From: Octopus bimaculoides | Lineage: Eukaryota | Assembly (NCBI RefSeq): GCF_001194135.2 | Contig: NC_068997.1 | Location: 36,237,394-36,274,809, forward strand | Direction: 5' to 3' | Length of the DNA stretch: 37,416 bases | Shown: piece after piece, positions 1 through 10,665 of the stretch | Layout of the letters: every line of letters begins with the position of its first letter | Numbering within the stretch: the first letter of the stretch is position 1 | Notes under the pieces: generated by a model | Told to the model about the DNA's origin: nothing | Seen by the model: the letters and a program-made list of their open reading frames with translations, nothing else | Database searches by the model: none | Made by a program: the position numbers and the translations under genes

Positions 1-419
1 TGGCAACAGCTCCATAAAGAAGTGCTGATCTCTCAAAGTGGATAGAACACGTGAAAGTGGGAGACCCAAGAAGACATAGGATGAAGTACTGAAGAAAGAT
101 CTCAGGATGCTGAACCTTTCTGGCAAAATGACAAAGGACCAGAATAACTGGTGCCTTGCCATACTGAAGAAGACCTGTACTCTACAGCAGAAGTGTTAAG
201 ACTGATCCTTCTGGTGGTTTAAAGCACTTGTGATGGTGCTACGTAAAAGTACCCAGCATGCTCTGTAAAGTGGTTGGTGTTAGGAAAGGCATCCAGTCAT
301 AGAAACCATGCCAAGTCGGACTGGAGTCTGGTGCAGCTCCCTAGCTTGCCAGCTCTTGTCACACCATCCAACCCATGCCAGCATGGACAATGGATATTAA
401 ATGATTATGATGATGTATG
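1..419 (+). mobile_element. RTE-clade LINE 3' end (RT C-terminal tail, 3'UTR and GAT tail), decayed
   Basis: 1-180 reads approximately GRPKKT*DEVLKKDLRML, the same motif as the copies at 21.5k and 35.9k. 270-419 has the family 3' end (taggaaaggcatccag...aacccatgccagcatgg...atgattatgatgat). Confidence 0.8.
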
Positions 420-429
420 AACTTTGAAA

Positions 430-1190
430 AAAATCAGGTGTGCACTGTTGTACCAACTTCTTTACAGCCACTTTCAATTAATTTGTGTCATTAAATTATT
501 GTCTCCGAAGACTGTCTTTCAGCCTAGGCTGTATGGTAAATGGAGGAACCACAGACCAACCCAATTTGCTGATTTCCCCCTGATCTGTTGCCAAAGATAT
601 GTATGGTCATGCAGTGTCACAGTGAATGTGGGTCATTTTCAGTTTCTTGCTCGAACTCTTCCTTCTTAACGGCTTCTCTAACCTTTTTGAGTGTCTGGAT
701 GTACTGCTTATTATTCACAGTATATCCACATTTAAGAAATTTCAGAAGAATGACACTCTCGTCATCCCCAAAAGTTGTTGCCATGTCTTTCTGTGCTGAT
801 TGCTGGCTCTTGAATGTCTTAGGCCTTGGAAGTGTGATGAACTGAACCATCATTTCTGGATCATAATGATATGCAGACAATTCATCTCAGCACCAGATCA
901 GGTAAAAAACCCTTTAGACGAGAGTATACTTCTAAATCGGGTGTTAAGTGCCAAGATACCCAATTTTTACACATCTTCTGATACTCAAAGTCTTCCACCA
1001 ACTTCTATGATGCATTGTGACCACTGGAGTTGAGCAGTAAGCTCTTGGATAAAGAACTACATGACAGCATGTTGTTTCTGCATGGAATCCATTATTACTA
1101 TAGAAGAAGAGTTATTCTACCAACATGAGCAATTTGAACAACCTGAATCAGTTAATAATAAAGTTATGCCCACTTCTGGTACAACCCTCA
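430..1190 (-). mobile_element. mariner (Tc1/mariner) transposon relic, internally deleted
   Basis: Minus ORF 617-880 (YHYDPE...PRPKTFKSQQSAQKDMATTFGDDESVILLKFL...TVNNKQYIQTLKKVR) resembles the mariner catalytic domain. A LGWSVVP-like motif follows. TA|TGAGGGTTGT terminus at 1192-1181. Confidence 0.75.
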
Positions 1191-1929
1191 TATTTTTAGT
1201 AATTTTCATAAGTGACAAAAAAAATTTTTTTTCATCAATCAACAAAAACTCCAGTGGCTTAACAGACATTAGGAAAGAGCACAGCAAAGATGTCTTGTTT
1301 ATGAGATTGGCTAATCTGAAATATAAGCTGCTTAGTACAGAGGATGTTTTGAGTCCTGCAAAACAACTTTTCTACTAATGGTGTCCTGAGAAACACACCA
1401 AGCCTTTTTACATTAGAAGTAGGTTTAAGATGTCACTTGTTTAATATCACCTAAACCTTGTGGAATTTATATAGTTTGAGGGTCTCAAAGACTCTTATTG
1501 CACTGCTTCCTGTTTACACTCCTCTCTTAGTAATAATTTGACTGTCAAGTTGTACTGGTGAAAAAGGTTTCACAATAGAGGTCTGCAGAAAGATAGTACA
1601 AATGTCTAAACCTGTGGGTTTACAACAAGACACTAGCGGTTCACCCATTTACAAGAGAAGGCTACTTTATCAGCTCGTGTATAATCTATCTGTTTTTCTC
1701 CATTAAGTAGTGAATTTTGAGAGGCCTAGAGAAGCCCAGTAATTTACAGTTGCTTATATAGAGAGATAAACAGAAACTATGATCCTTGATACTTTTCTTT
1801 CTCTTTTCTAACAATCATTACACAATCTCAACCATAACAAAGTCAAATATAAAATTTGAAAGCAATCTTCTACACAAATCCATTTCCCTTACACAAATAT
1901 ATGAACTTCAGTCCAACCATAGTTGTATC

Positions 1930-2060
1930 CACTACCTCCTGCTAAACTGACACAGAAGCCATGTTTATAACTTGACCCTGAGGTACAAACCTTTAATCCC
2001 AGATATTAAGCACATCTTTGTTGTCTAAGTTACACTTTATATTCCAGTTTTGCTCTGAAA
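1930..2060 (-). mobile_element. possible second mariner transposase fragment
   Basis: Minus frame reads ...RFVPQGQVIN..., similar to mariner EFVPxGQTVN. Short and contains stops. Confidence 0.3.
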
Positions 2061-3769
2061 GGTAGTATATACAAATAAATAGAATCCATTTTCCTTACAT
2101 CTCATTTCTCACTTGCAAGCAATGGTAACAAAAAGTCTGAGTTACTCTAACTCAAAATCACTCTTTGCTCCTCTCAGTTCAGAACTAAAATCTTACAATC
2201 TCTTCATCCTGCATCAAAAACATCTATCACAATATACAGTCAGCATCTTCAATGATTCCAATGTGCAAAACTATTTTTGGCTCTCATACATCTTTGACAC
2301 TGACACTACTGATACAATAGCCAAATCCATTGCAATTCTAAACTGTTAGCATTGGTTAGTTCCTTTATTTAACTATTTCTCTGAGCAACACACCCAACAC
2401 ACTGAATCTTTATTATTCTTCACCTCTTCTTTATCATTAAACTTAGTAACTTAGTTTTTACCCAGTAATCATCCTCTTGGATTTGAAAACAATGATCAGT
2501 GATATTTGAGTTTCATCTGTACATAACAGTAATCTAAGTAATACTGGCATTTATTGATTCTGAGCAGTAGTAGAGTAATCATGGAACTGATCATTGCACC
2601 GTTTTCCTTAGTGATATAGGTGGAATGATGCAGCATTTAGTAGAGAGGGTGACTGTTATGATAGGGTGTACCATTTCTTCACTCCTTTTCATGATGGCAA
2701 TGGTGGTGGTATTGAGAGGTAAAACAAGCTGCTCTGAGAGAGTGAAGATCAGACAACAGCTGGTACAGCCACCACTACATACTCTTTTGGATGACAGCAT
2801 TACCATAGTGGAAACAAAAACTATCCTATTGCAGCAATGTTGACTTACATATCAAAGCCAAAAGAAGTTGCTCTGTCCATAATGTAAGCTCAGGTTAAAA
2901 CATTTTACTTTGGAATTGGAGGAGGCTGATTCTAACAATCAAGAAAACAATTAAGAAGTTTGACATGTGATGTTATCAACATAGTTCTTTGCCAAGGCTC
3001 TCCAAATGTACGAAACCCCATTAACTAAAGTGGAGAGAATGAAAAGTTATATCAGCTTGCTGCCTTTAGCATAATTGATGGGGATGATTAAAGTAATAAA
3101 ACCCTGCTGTCACTCAATACCACAGGACTCAGTGGATTCTATTTTTCATGCATCCCAATAAGTAGTGCTGGCAGGAAGGAAATGATATAAACCACACAGA
3201 TATGAAAGAAATAATACAGGTGCAGTGCAGAATATGCAGGCTGGACTGCAAATGGATATATCACTAGATAAACAAAAGTAGAGATATTGTGACCAAAAAA
3301 ATTTATTATACTGAAGAGGCATGGGATTAGGAAACCAATGTGCCATGAGCAGCATGGGAAACAGCTGATCAAAGGAAGCTATTATAGAGCATGATGTGTA
3401 AAATTGAGCCAGCCAGGATGCAATTTCTCCTGGAACTGGTGTAAAATGTGATTCCAATTCAGGCCAATAACAGATAGTAGAGTTATCACTGCTGATTGTC
3501 ATTGGTGTGGAGTTATGCGTCTTTCAAGCATTTTCTTGCATCATTCAAGTAATTACTTGTAGAGTATGCAAGGCCAAGTGCTGAGTATCCTTGCTCATGC
3601 ACTAAAGCAGTTTCAATACAATGAGAATCAATAAAATGCTTAGACTATATTGTTACAAGAAAGGCAAGGAATGACAATGCAGCAATGTAAACAAAACAAA
3701 GCCAACACTCAGACTTCTAAATGATGCTAATGACGAGAAAATACATATTACAATAATGAAGCAATGCCC

Positions 3770-3845
3770 TGACCTTAAACACAAATGCACACAACCATGA
3801 AAAGCTTCTGTAACTTTTCTTCTACCAAATTTCACTAACAAGACA
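3770..3845 (-). mobile_element. partial tRNA-derived SINE (same family as 4955, 8354, 30678)
   Basis: cttct...tctaccaaatttcactaacaag matches the reverse complement of the family body ccttgtgagtggatttggtaga. Confidence 0.55.
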
Positions 3846-4111
3846 CTGGCGGTTCACCCATTGTGCACACAGTACATTGTGGTTCACTGATTGCACACTC
3901 AGTACATCGCAGATTTTTCTGGCTAATATATGTAAATTTATATTGTGGACTCCTCAGTATATCCGGGTTTCTGTAGCTGATAGGTATTTATATTTTTTTA
4001 GATTCTAATTATTTCTGTGAATGGTTTTGAAACATAATACCCATGATAGTTTGAGGGGTTACTGTACAAGGTTTTAATAAAACTTTAAAAGAAATAGCAA
4101 AAGGCATTTAC

Positions 4112-4183
4112 TTCAATGTCATCAATTTTGACATGCTTGTAAGCTTTCTTGAATTCCTTTACTCCACTCTTCATTGCATCTAC
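4112..4183 (-). CDS. CHMP5: CHMP5/Vps60 coding exon (equivalent to vertebrate exon 5), 72 nt
   Basis: Acceptor ttttatatttcag, then GTAGATGCA...ATTGAA, then donor gtaaat. Translates [24 protein letters not shown] (human CHMP5 as recalled: [24 protein letters not shown]). Confidence 0.96.
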
Positions 4184-4280
4184 CTGAAATATAAAAGAAA
4201 TAAATATCAACTTTTAATTTCAAGAAAACAAAAACAAAAAATATATATTTTAAATTCGAAGACATAATTTTTGACATTAC

Positions 4281-4374
4281 TGTAGTTTTCGTATCTTTTA
4301 GTGACTGGATGGCAAAGTTCTGCTGTTCCAAATTGAATGATTGATTATCAAGTTGCTCTCGCTGTTGTTCATAC
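4281..4374 (-). CDS. CHMP5: CHMP5/Vps60 coding exon (equivalent to exon 4), 94 nt
   Basis: Acceptor ttccatttctag, then G TAT GAA...ACT ACA, then donor gtaatg. Translates (M)[31 protein letters not shown]. Phase-2 entry matches the upstream exon ending in AT. 97-nt intron to the next exon. Confidence 0.96.
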
Positions 4375-4691
4375 CTAGAAATGGAAAGATAATATATCTT
4401 TTTAGTGACATTAACTGAGATTGATTCAGAAATACATTTACATATTTTTTACCAACATTCAAAACCAATGTAAAAACAGATGAAAAGTGGAAGAATTTAC
4501 ACTTTTAATTTGCATTTTAAATGGTTTTAAGAACATTTCTGTGATGCAAAGGATGATCATTATTATTACATATGTGTCTTGGCAGCCTGAGGAAGCTGAG
4601 TTAGCAAGCATTTCATTTGGTGAAAATTTTATTCAGTCATTTGAAGTTTTAAAACATTTTTACTAAACTATTATATTAGAATATATACATA

Positions 4692-4925
4692 TATCATCAT
4701 TGTTTTAACGTCCATTTTTCCATGCTTGTATGGGTTAGACAGAGTTTATTGAGACAGGTTTTCTTTGGCCAGCTGCCCTTCCTGTCACCAACCCTCACTT
4801 GTTTCCAAGCAAGGTAATATTTCCTTATGGCGAGACATATTCTCACAGTATAGTGGAAATAAATAACACTACTTGAATGATAGTGATAATCATTTACAAC
4901 CATCATATGATGTCAAGACAAGGAG
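4692..4925 (-). mobile_element. non-autonomous retroelement/SINE with RTE-type 3' tail
   Basis: tcatcattgttttaacgtccatttttccatgcttgtatgggtt is the reverse complement of the RTE tail, joined to a non-coding body. Confidence 0.6.
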
Positions 4926-4954
4926 ACAAAAAGACATATACACACATGTATATA

Positions 4955-5112
4955 TACAATGGGTTTCTTTCAGTTTCTGTTTATCAGAATCCACTCACAA
5001 GGCTTAGGTTGGCCCAGTGCTATAATAGAAGATACTTGCCCAAGGTTCCACAGAGTGGGACTGAACCCAAAACGATTTGAGAAGCAAACATCTTATCACA
5101 CAGCCATGCCTA
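4955..5112 (-). mobile_element. tRNA-derived SINE
   Basis: Reverse complement of the copy at 8354-8520 (ggcatggctgtg...gttcagtcccact...ccttgggcaagt...ccttgtgagtggatt). Confidence 0.75.
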
Positions 5113-5139
5113 TATGGAGTACTATCTGTAAACAATGGC

Positions 5140-5715
5140 TGTAGAAGGGATATAATCACAAACAGGCTAACAGAGAAGGTAAACCTCATGTGTAGTAGGG
5201 TAATAAGAGTAATAAGTAAGAGGATGTGTTAAATAGACTCTTTCCAATGGACAGATGGCTCACTAGAAGTAGTTAATAGCTTCTGTCATAATGGGGGACC
5301 TAATTAGCGGTAGGCATAGATAATATAAAAACTGGCTGGAAACAAAAGGCTTTCCCTCAGAGTGAAGTGCAGATTATATGATGCTTGAGTATGAAGCATG
5401 ATGTTGAATGTTAGAGAGTAGTGAGCCATGAATTCAGAAGTTTGTGAAAACAAGAAAGACATGAAGCAAGCATGCTCCACTGGATGTGTAATACTAGTGT
5501 TGCATGAACAATGGAGAATGAGTGAGCTGAGAGGAAGCAGATGCAGTGTGTAAGAGAGAGACTGTGTTGGTATGGGCATTTGATGAATATGGAAGACAGC
5601 TGTATAGACATGCAGTGAGCTCAAAAGTAAATGAATCTGTGGAAGGAAGAAATCAAAGAGGAGATGGAATGAACTGGTGAAGACAGATCTGAAATTGTAC
5701 CTCACAGGGAACAAC
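5140..5715 (+). mobile_element. RTE LINE RT C-terminal region, highly decayed
   Basis: ctttccctcagagtgaag...ttatatgatgc and atgctccactggatgtgtaa match the cleaner copy at 12790-12930. Confidence 0.7.
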
Positions 5716-5734
5716 TATGCCTTCTCTCACTCCA

Positions 5735-5838
5735 GGGATGACAAAATAAAGCACCAGTCAAGTACTGGACTCAATATAATCAACTGTTCCCTTCCCACCA
5801 AATTTCGGGCTTTGACCTTCAATTAGAAACAATTATTA
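5735..5838 (+). mobile_element. CORE/MIR-like SINE 3' part
   Basis: aaaataaagcaccagtcaagtactgg...aatcaact is an inverted homolog of 8170-8250. Confidence 0.5.
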
Positions 5839-5894
5839 TGCACCAATATATTTGAACCAGTGTCCTCATTTTGATTTTGGTTGTTGTGCTACTA

Positions 5895-6545
5895 AGGCAA
5901 AGGAGATGCCTTAGAAGAGAAGCAACTACAGAGGAATCAAAGTACTGGATGAGGTTATGTAGATCACAAAGAGAGTCATAGTATAATTGATCCATGATAA
6001 AGTAGACCTAGATGAGATGCAGTATTGCTTCATACCTGCAAGAGGTGTCATAAATGCAACCTTCCTAGTGAGGTAACTGCAAGAGAAGTACTTGGCTAAG
6101 AATTAACCCCTATTCCTAGCTTTTTTGACTGGAAGTTGTTTCACAGGGTATCGTGTTCAGTAATTTGGTGGTCACTGTGGAAACTAGGTGTAGACAAATG
6201 GCTCATGGTGGGTTGTACAAGCTATGTGCAAAGATGCAATAAGTAAAATGAGGGTTGGCAATGATTTCAGTGACAAATTTAGTATGAAAGGTTCCCCAAT
6301 TTTCTCCTATTCATCATAGTCCTGCAGGCTATCATAAGTTTAAGATTGGCTGTCCATGGAAACACTTATATGCTGATGATCTTGTTCTCATAGCTGAATT
6401 TATAGTGGAATTAGAGAGAAAATTCCAGGCATGAAACCTAAACCTAGAAGTGAAAAGACTAAGGTTTTTTACTAAGGTTTTAATAACAAGGAAAGAAGAC
6501 ACAATCCTGGAAATAGCCTTGCTCAATATATAGAAAAGGAGTAGG
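5895..6545 (+). mobile_element. RTE LINE reverse-transcriptase core, decayed
   Basis: KGDALE..NYRGIK, LDEMQY and LYADDLVLIAE (tatgctgatgat at ~6368) motifs with stops and frameshifts. Confidence 0.85.
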
Positions 6546-6571
6546 TATAAACTGCTGTACTCAATCTAATA

Positions 6572-6825
6572 TATAAAATTGCTTGTTTGTTATCAATGCA
6601 CACAAAAACCAGTTAACCAATCATGTTCAAACTTGGCATGAAAGGTCCTTAGACTCAGATATTCAACGTAGTTTTGGTTGATTACAAAAAATAAATGGAA
6701 GTTAATGTAGTATGTGTGTGTGACGTGCTGTTGTTTGCATCTTAGCAGCTGCGTTTCCCCCTTTCTCTCTCACTAATTGATTTCATGCGAAGGGACAAGA
6801 AATACCTCCTAATGGTCAGCGCCGT
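6572..6825 (+). mobile_element. Helitron-like non-autonomous element 5' end (runs into a gap)
   Basis: TC..ATCTAATATATAAAATT start followed by aaccagttaaccaatcatgttcaaacttggcatg, typical of invertebrate Helitron 5' ends. The 3' CTAG end is not visible. Confidence 0.4.
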
Positions 6826-7109
6826 NNNNNNNNNNNNNNNNNNNNNNNNNNNNNNNNNNNNNNNNNNNNNNNNNNNNNNNNNNNNNNNNNNNNNNNNNNN
6901 NNNNNNNNNNNNNNNNNNNNNNNNNGATGATGATGATATATATATATATATATAGTTCAACTGATAACTACCATAACTTCTATAAATAATAAAAAATGAG
7001 ACTCCTGTTACCCAAATAGAAAATGTTCTAATAATAACTCCCCGAATACCAGGGTCAATGTAGAAGATATTAGTGATATCTGCATAAGTGGAAAACATAG
7101 AGAGTGGCA

Positions 7110-7680
7110 GCATGACTTTTTAAAACATAGACGTCAGGTAGTGATGGCCAATGGAGCCACCTCCAAAGAAACACAAGTAGCAAGTGGTGTTTCACAGTGC
7201 ACTGTCTTAGGGCCATTCCTATTCATGGTGGCCCTCTCAGATAGCCACCCTTGCTAGCTATGCAGATGACAGAAAAGTCTCTCAGACAATACAAAATCCT
7301 GGAAATATTGAACATCTGCAGCAGCAGTTGGATGCAATATACAGGTGGGCTGAGGACAACAACTTGCAGTTTAATGCAGGAAAATTCCAGGCCCTATACT
7401 ACCAGCACACAAAGCTAAATGACATGCAAACAGGATGCACTGGTCCAGGAGGAATTGGAATCCCTGAATCAAAATCAGTGCATGACCTGGGCATTGACAT
7501 GAACAATGATGCATCTTTTCAAGTGCATATTACTAATTTGGTAATAAAATGCAAATAGCAGGCTAGATGGATCCTCCACACTTTCAAAACAAGAGAAAAG
7601 GAGACATTAATGATCCTTTGGAGGGCATATGGCCTCAGCTGCTTGGAATACTGCTCCCAACTATGGTCACCACACATTAA
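7110..7680 (+). mobile_element. CR1-clade LINE RT fragment
   Basis: RRQVVMANG...SGVSQCTVLGPFLF, SYADD (~7257), LDAIYRWAEDNNLQFNAGKFQ, DLGI and LEYCSQLWSPH are CR1/L2-type RT motifs, distinct from the RTE copies. Confidence 0.8.
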
Positions 7681-7774
7681 CACATCAAAGTACTAGTTTA
7701 TTTCAATATTGTAAAATTGTAAGAACTGCAAATAATAAAACGTGAAAATCAAACTAAGCTAGAATTTCATTGAT

Positions 7775-8130
7775 TTCATCATCAACATCGTTTAACGTCT
7801 GTTTTCCATGCTGGCATGGGTTGGGCAGTTTGACTGGGGTCTGGGAAGCCAGGAGGCTGCATGAGACTCCAGTCTAATCTGGCAGTGTTTCTACAGCTGG
7901 ATGCCCTTCCTAACGCCAACCACTCTGCGAGTGTAGTGGGTGCTTGTTACATGCTACCAGCACAGGGGCCAGAGGGGGCTGGTATCGACCATGACTGGAT
8001 GGTGCCTTTTACATGCCACTGGCATGGAAGCTAGTCAAGGCAGTGCTGGCATCGGGCTCGTTCGGATAGTGCTTTTTACATGCCACCAGCACAGGGATCA
8101 CAACAACAATTTCCATTTGATTGTGATTTG
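7775..8130 (-). mobile_element. RTE LINE 3'UTR and tail with internal ~63-bp modules
   Basis: catcatcaacatcgtttaacgtc tail. Near-collinear with 15040-15460. Confidence 0.85.
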
Positions 8131-8169
8131 ATTTATATATATATATATATATATATTTGTTTTAAATTA

Positions 8170-8342
8170 AGGTACCAGGCCAATAATTTTGAGAGAGGGT
8201 TAAGTCGATTTATATCAAACCTAGTGCTCAACTGATACTTATTTCATTGAGCCTGGAAAAGGATGAAAATTCAAAGTCAACCTCAGTGAAATCTGAACTT
8301 AGAACATGCTCAGCACACAAACCATTTTACCAGCTTACCACC
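8170..8342 (-). mobile_element. CORE/MIR-like SINE
   Basis: actgatacttatttcattgagcctggaaaaggatgaaaattcaaagtcaacctcagtgaaatctgaact is the reverse complement of a CORE-type SINE central region. Confidence 0.65.
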
Positions 8343-8353
8343 CAATATATATA

Positions 8354-8725
8354 GGGGCAGGCATGCCTGTGTGGTGAGAAGCTTGCTTCCCAATCACATG
8401 ATTCTGAATTCAGTTCCATTGCATGACACCTTGGGCAAATATCTTCTACTATAGCCTCAGGCTGACCAAAGCCTTGTGAGTGGATTTGGGAGATAGAAAC
8501 TGAAAGAAGCCCATTGTATATATATATATATTTATTTATGAGTGTATCTTTGTTTATCCCACAGTGTTACATCCCAATAATTTAGTGTTTCAGCAAAAGA
8601 GACTGATAGAATAAGTACCGCGCTTACAAAGAATAAGTTCTGGGGTCAATTTCTTCAACTAAAAAAGGTAGTGCCCCAGCATGGCCGCAGTCAAATGACT
8701 GAAGCAAATAAAAGAATCAAAGAAT
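8354..8725 (+). mobile_element. near full-length tRNA-derived SINE with internal (TA)n
   Basis: ggggcaggcatgcctgtgtggtgagaagcttgcttcc head with a B-box-like ttcagttcca. 3' part ataagttctggggtcaat...cagcatggccgcagtcaaatgactgaagcaaataaaagaa. Confidence 0.8.
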
Positions 8726-9089
8726 ACACACACACACACACACACATATTAATTACTTGAAAGGACATTGTGGTTCAATATGCAACCATAATACTGCAAA
8801 ATAAATTAAATGCTTTATAAGTCAATATCATGTTCTACTGTGTCAGCAGTGCTATTACATCACATGTTAAGGTTATCTCTACAGATTTTCTGTAGAAATT
8901 ATAGCCAGCGCTGATTTGTTATGACATTTTGTATCCAAATAAGTCTAATGTAAACAAAATTGAAGATGGGAAAATAGTTAATGGGTGTATATACATATTT
9001 AAAGAGTTCTTGCGCCTTCTTCAGCACCACATCTAACCCATTAACCATCCACAAATTCATTGCTTAAATAGCTACAAAATCTAGTGATG

Positions 9090-9810
9090 TAAAAATTATT
9101 GGATAGACTTCCTTCTAATCAGAAAATGAGATGGATAGATAATCATGAGCAGAAAGACTTTCCAGAAGAAATCAGTGTGGAAAGATTAAAGATCCAGTTA
9201 ACATTCAGAAATTTAGAGAAGTGCAAATTGAAGCATTTGTCAATAGTGGGGAGGACAGAGAAATACAGCATAGAAAACAACTGTAAGTTCCAACAGGATA
9301 TCCCACTTAGTGATTCTGAAATGAAAGAGGTACAGAAGTGCCACTGAGAAAGACTATAAATGTAGAGAATGCATGAGAGAAAGACACCCTTGCCAGCATG
9401 AATCCAATAGGACTAACTATTCTAGTAGACAGTAGCATAGCAGATAAAGCAATTAAGGATAAGAAAGTAAAGAAAGCTCCTGGTTCACCAGTAATTATGC
9501 AGAGATTTTGGAGTAGGATACAAACTAGTCACACATATAACAGATGAGGTTGTGCAGGAAGGTATCATGTGCCATGACTGGTATAGCAGTATTAGAGTCA
9601 ACTGTTACAAGGGCAAAGGAAATACCTTAGAGATGGGAAACTACAGGGATATCAAATTGCTAGTCCAAGTCATGAAATTCATGGAAAGTTATAGCTCAAA
9701 TGATTAGGGAGAGAGTTAGCCAAAATGAAATTCAGTTTGATTTTTGCCAGGAGGAAGTACTACTTATGCCATCTTCCCAGTGAGAACTGCAGTAGAAGTA
9801 CCTGGTTAAA
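9090..9810 (+). mobile_element. RTE LINE fragment, N-terminal part of the RT domain
   Basis: KKAPG, VNCYKGKG..LEMGNYRDIKLL and IRERV...QFDF motifs, decayed. Confidence 0.75.
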
Positions 9811-10255
9811 TGAAATTACTCTTGTTGATACCTATCAGTCCCCCTCTTAATTAATCTCCTCATCCTTCATAGCATTATTAATGGGCTACTACTTTTTCAA
9901 AATCCTTTCTCACCTGATTTTAAAGCAGACATCTATAACTCAGTTAACTGTGGCTTTTACTAGTTTTGTTCAAAAGATATCTTTGCAGTATTAGTTAAGA
10001 AATCTTTTGTCTCTTATTTCCACTTTAACAGTAATGTCATTGATAATGTTTGAGATTGAGATTTTAACAAAGTTTTTAATTTTTGTTCCTTATGCACTGA
10101 AAATTTTTGGATTTGAATCTGTAATTCTGCCACTAAAGATTATATCAATAACAATGGATACATTTTTACATCTGAATGTAGAAGGTATTTGGAATATTTG
10201 AGAAACAAAAATAATAAACAGCTTATTTTCATACTTGAACATCATACATACTTAC

Positions 10256-10302
10256 ATTTTCTTTTGTTTCAATACTCGCATAGCCTTTTGCTTTACAGTA
10301 TT
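10256..10302 (-). CDS. CHMP5: CHMP5/Vps60 coding exon (equivalent to exon 3), 47 nt
   Basis: Acceptor ttttgctttaatttcag, then AATACTGTAAAGCAAAAGGCTATGCGAGTATTGAAACAAAAGAAAAT, then donor gtaagt. Translates NTVKQKAMRVLKQKK(M) (human as recalled: NMVKQKALRVLKQKRM). Splices in frame to 4374. Confidence 0.95.
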
Positions 10303-10534
10303 CTGAAATTAAAGCAAAATATCACTTTTTAAAATAAAATGAAGATACAACAAAGCATGCACTCCTGCACAAGTATGAACAAAACTATAAATTTAGCATA
10401 AACCAGGAAGCTGAAGATTTCATTTTTCAATAATTTTTTTAACTCAACTAAAATGAAATAGTAAGATTAGAAGCATTGCATTTATAAAATAAAAGATGAC
10501 TAAACCCAGCTCAAAATTACTTGTTTAATTCACA

Positions 10535-10665
10535 CAAATGGCCCTTGAGAATCTTTGACAGAGTTCACTCAGTCAAAGCATTCAGGCCAGATCTCTGGTC
10601 TGAAGATAACTCCCTCCTTTCCCGGCAATCTCAGAGGCCCTGGAAAGAGTACTACCCTTCTGATG
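10535..10665 (-). ncRNA. candidate intronic H/ACA-like sno/scaRNA (unverified)
   Basis: Two long hairpins separated by AGACCA (ANANNA, plus 10596-10601). UGAG near both apices, ~130 nt, sense to the host. No canonical ACA (CCA-UUU instead). Confidence 0.35.

Noticed and set aside
1061-1378. 105-aa plus-strand ORF
   Set aside because: Largely antisense to the mariner 5' end and flank; no recognisable domain.
3139-3502. Overlapping minus ORFs and a possible very old LINE tail
   Set aside because: Low-complexity translations with no convincing motif.
4122-4331. 69-aa minus ORF in the track containing CHMP5 sequence
   Set aside because: It reads through the 97-nt GT-AG intron and changes frame. 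The spliced exons are the real coding units.
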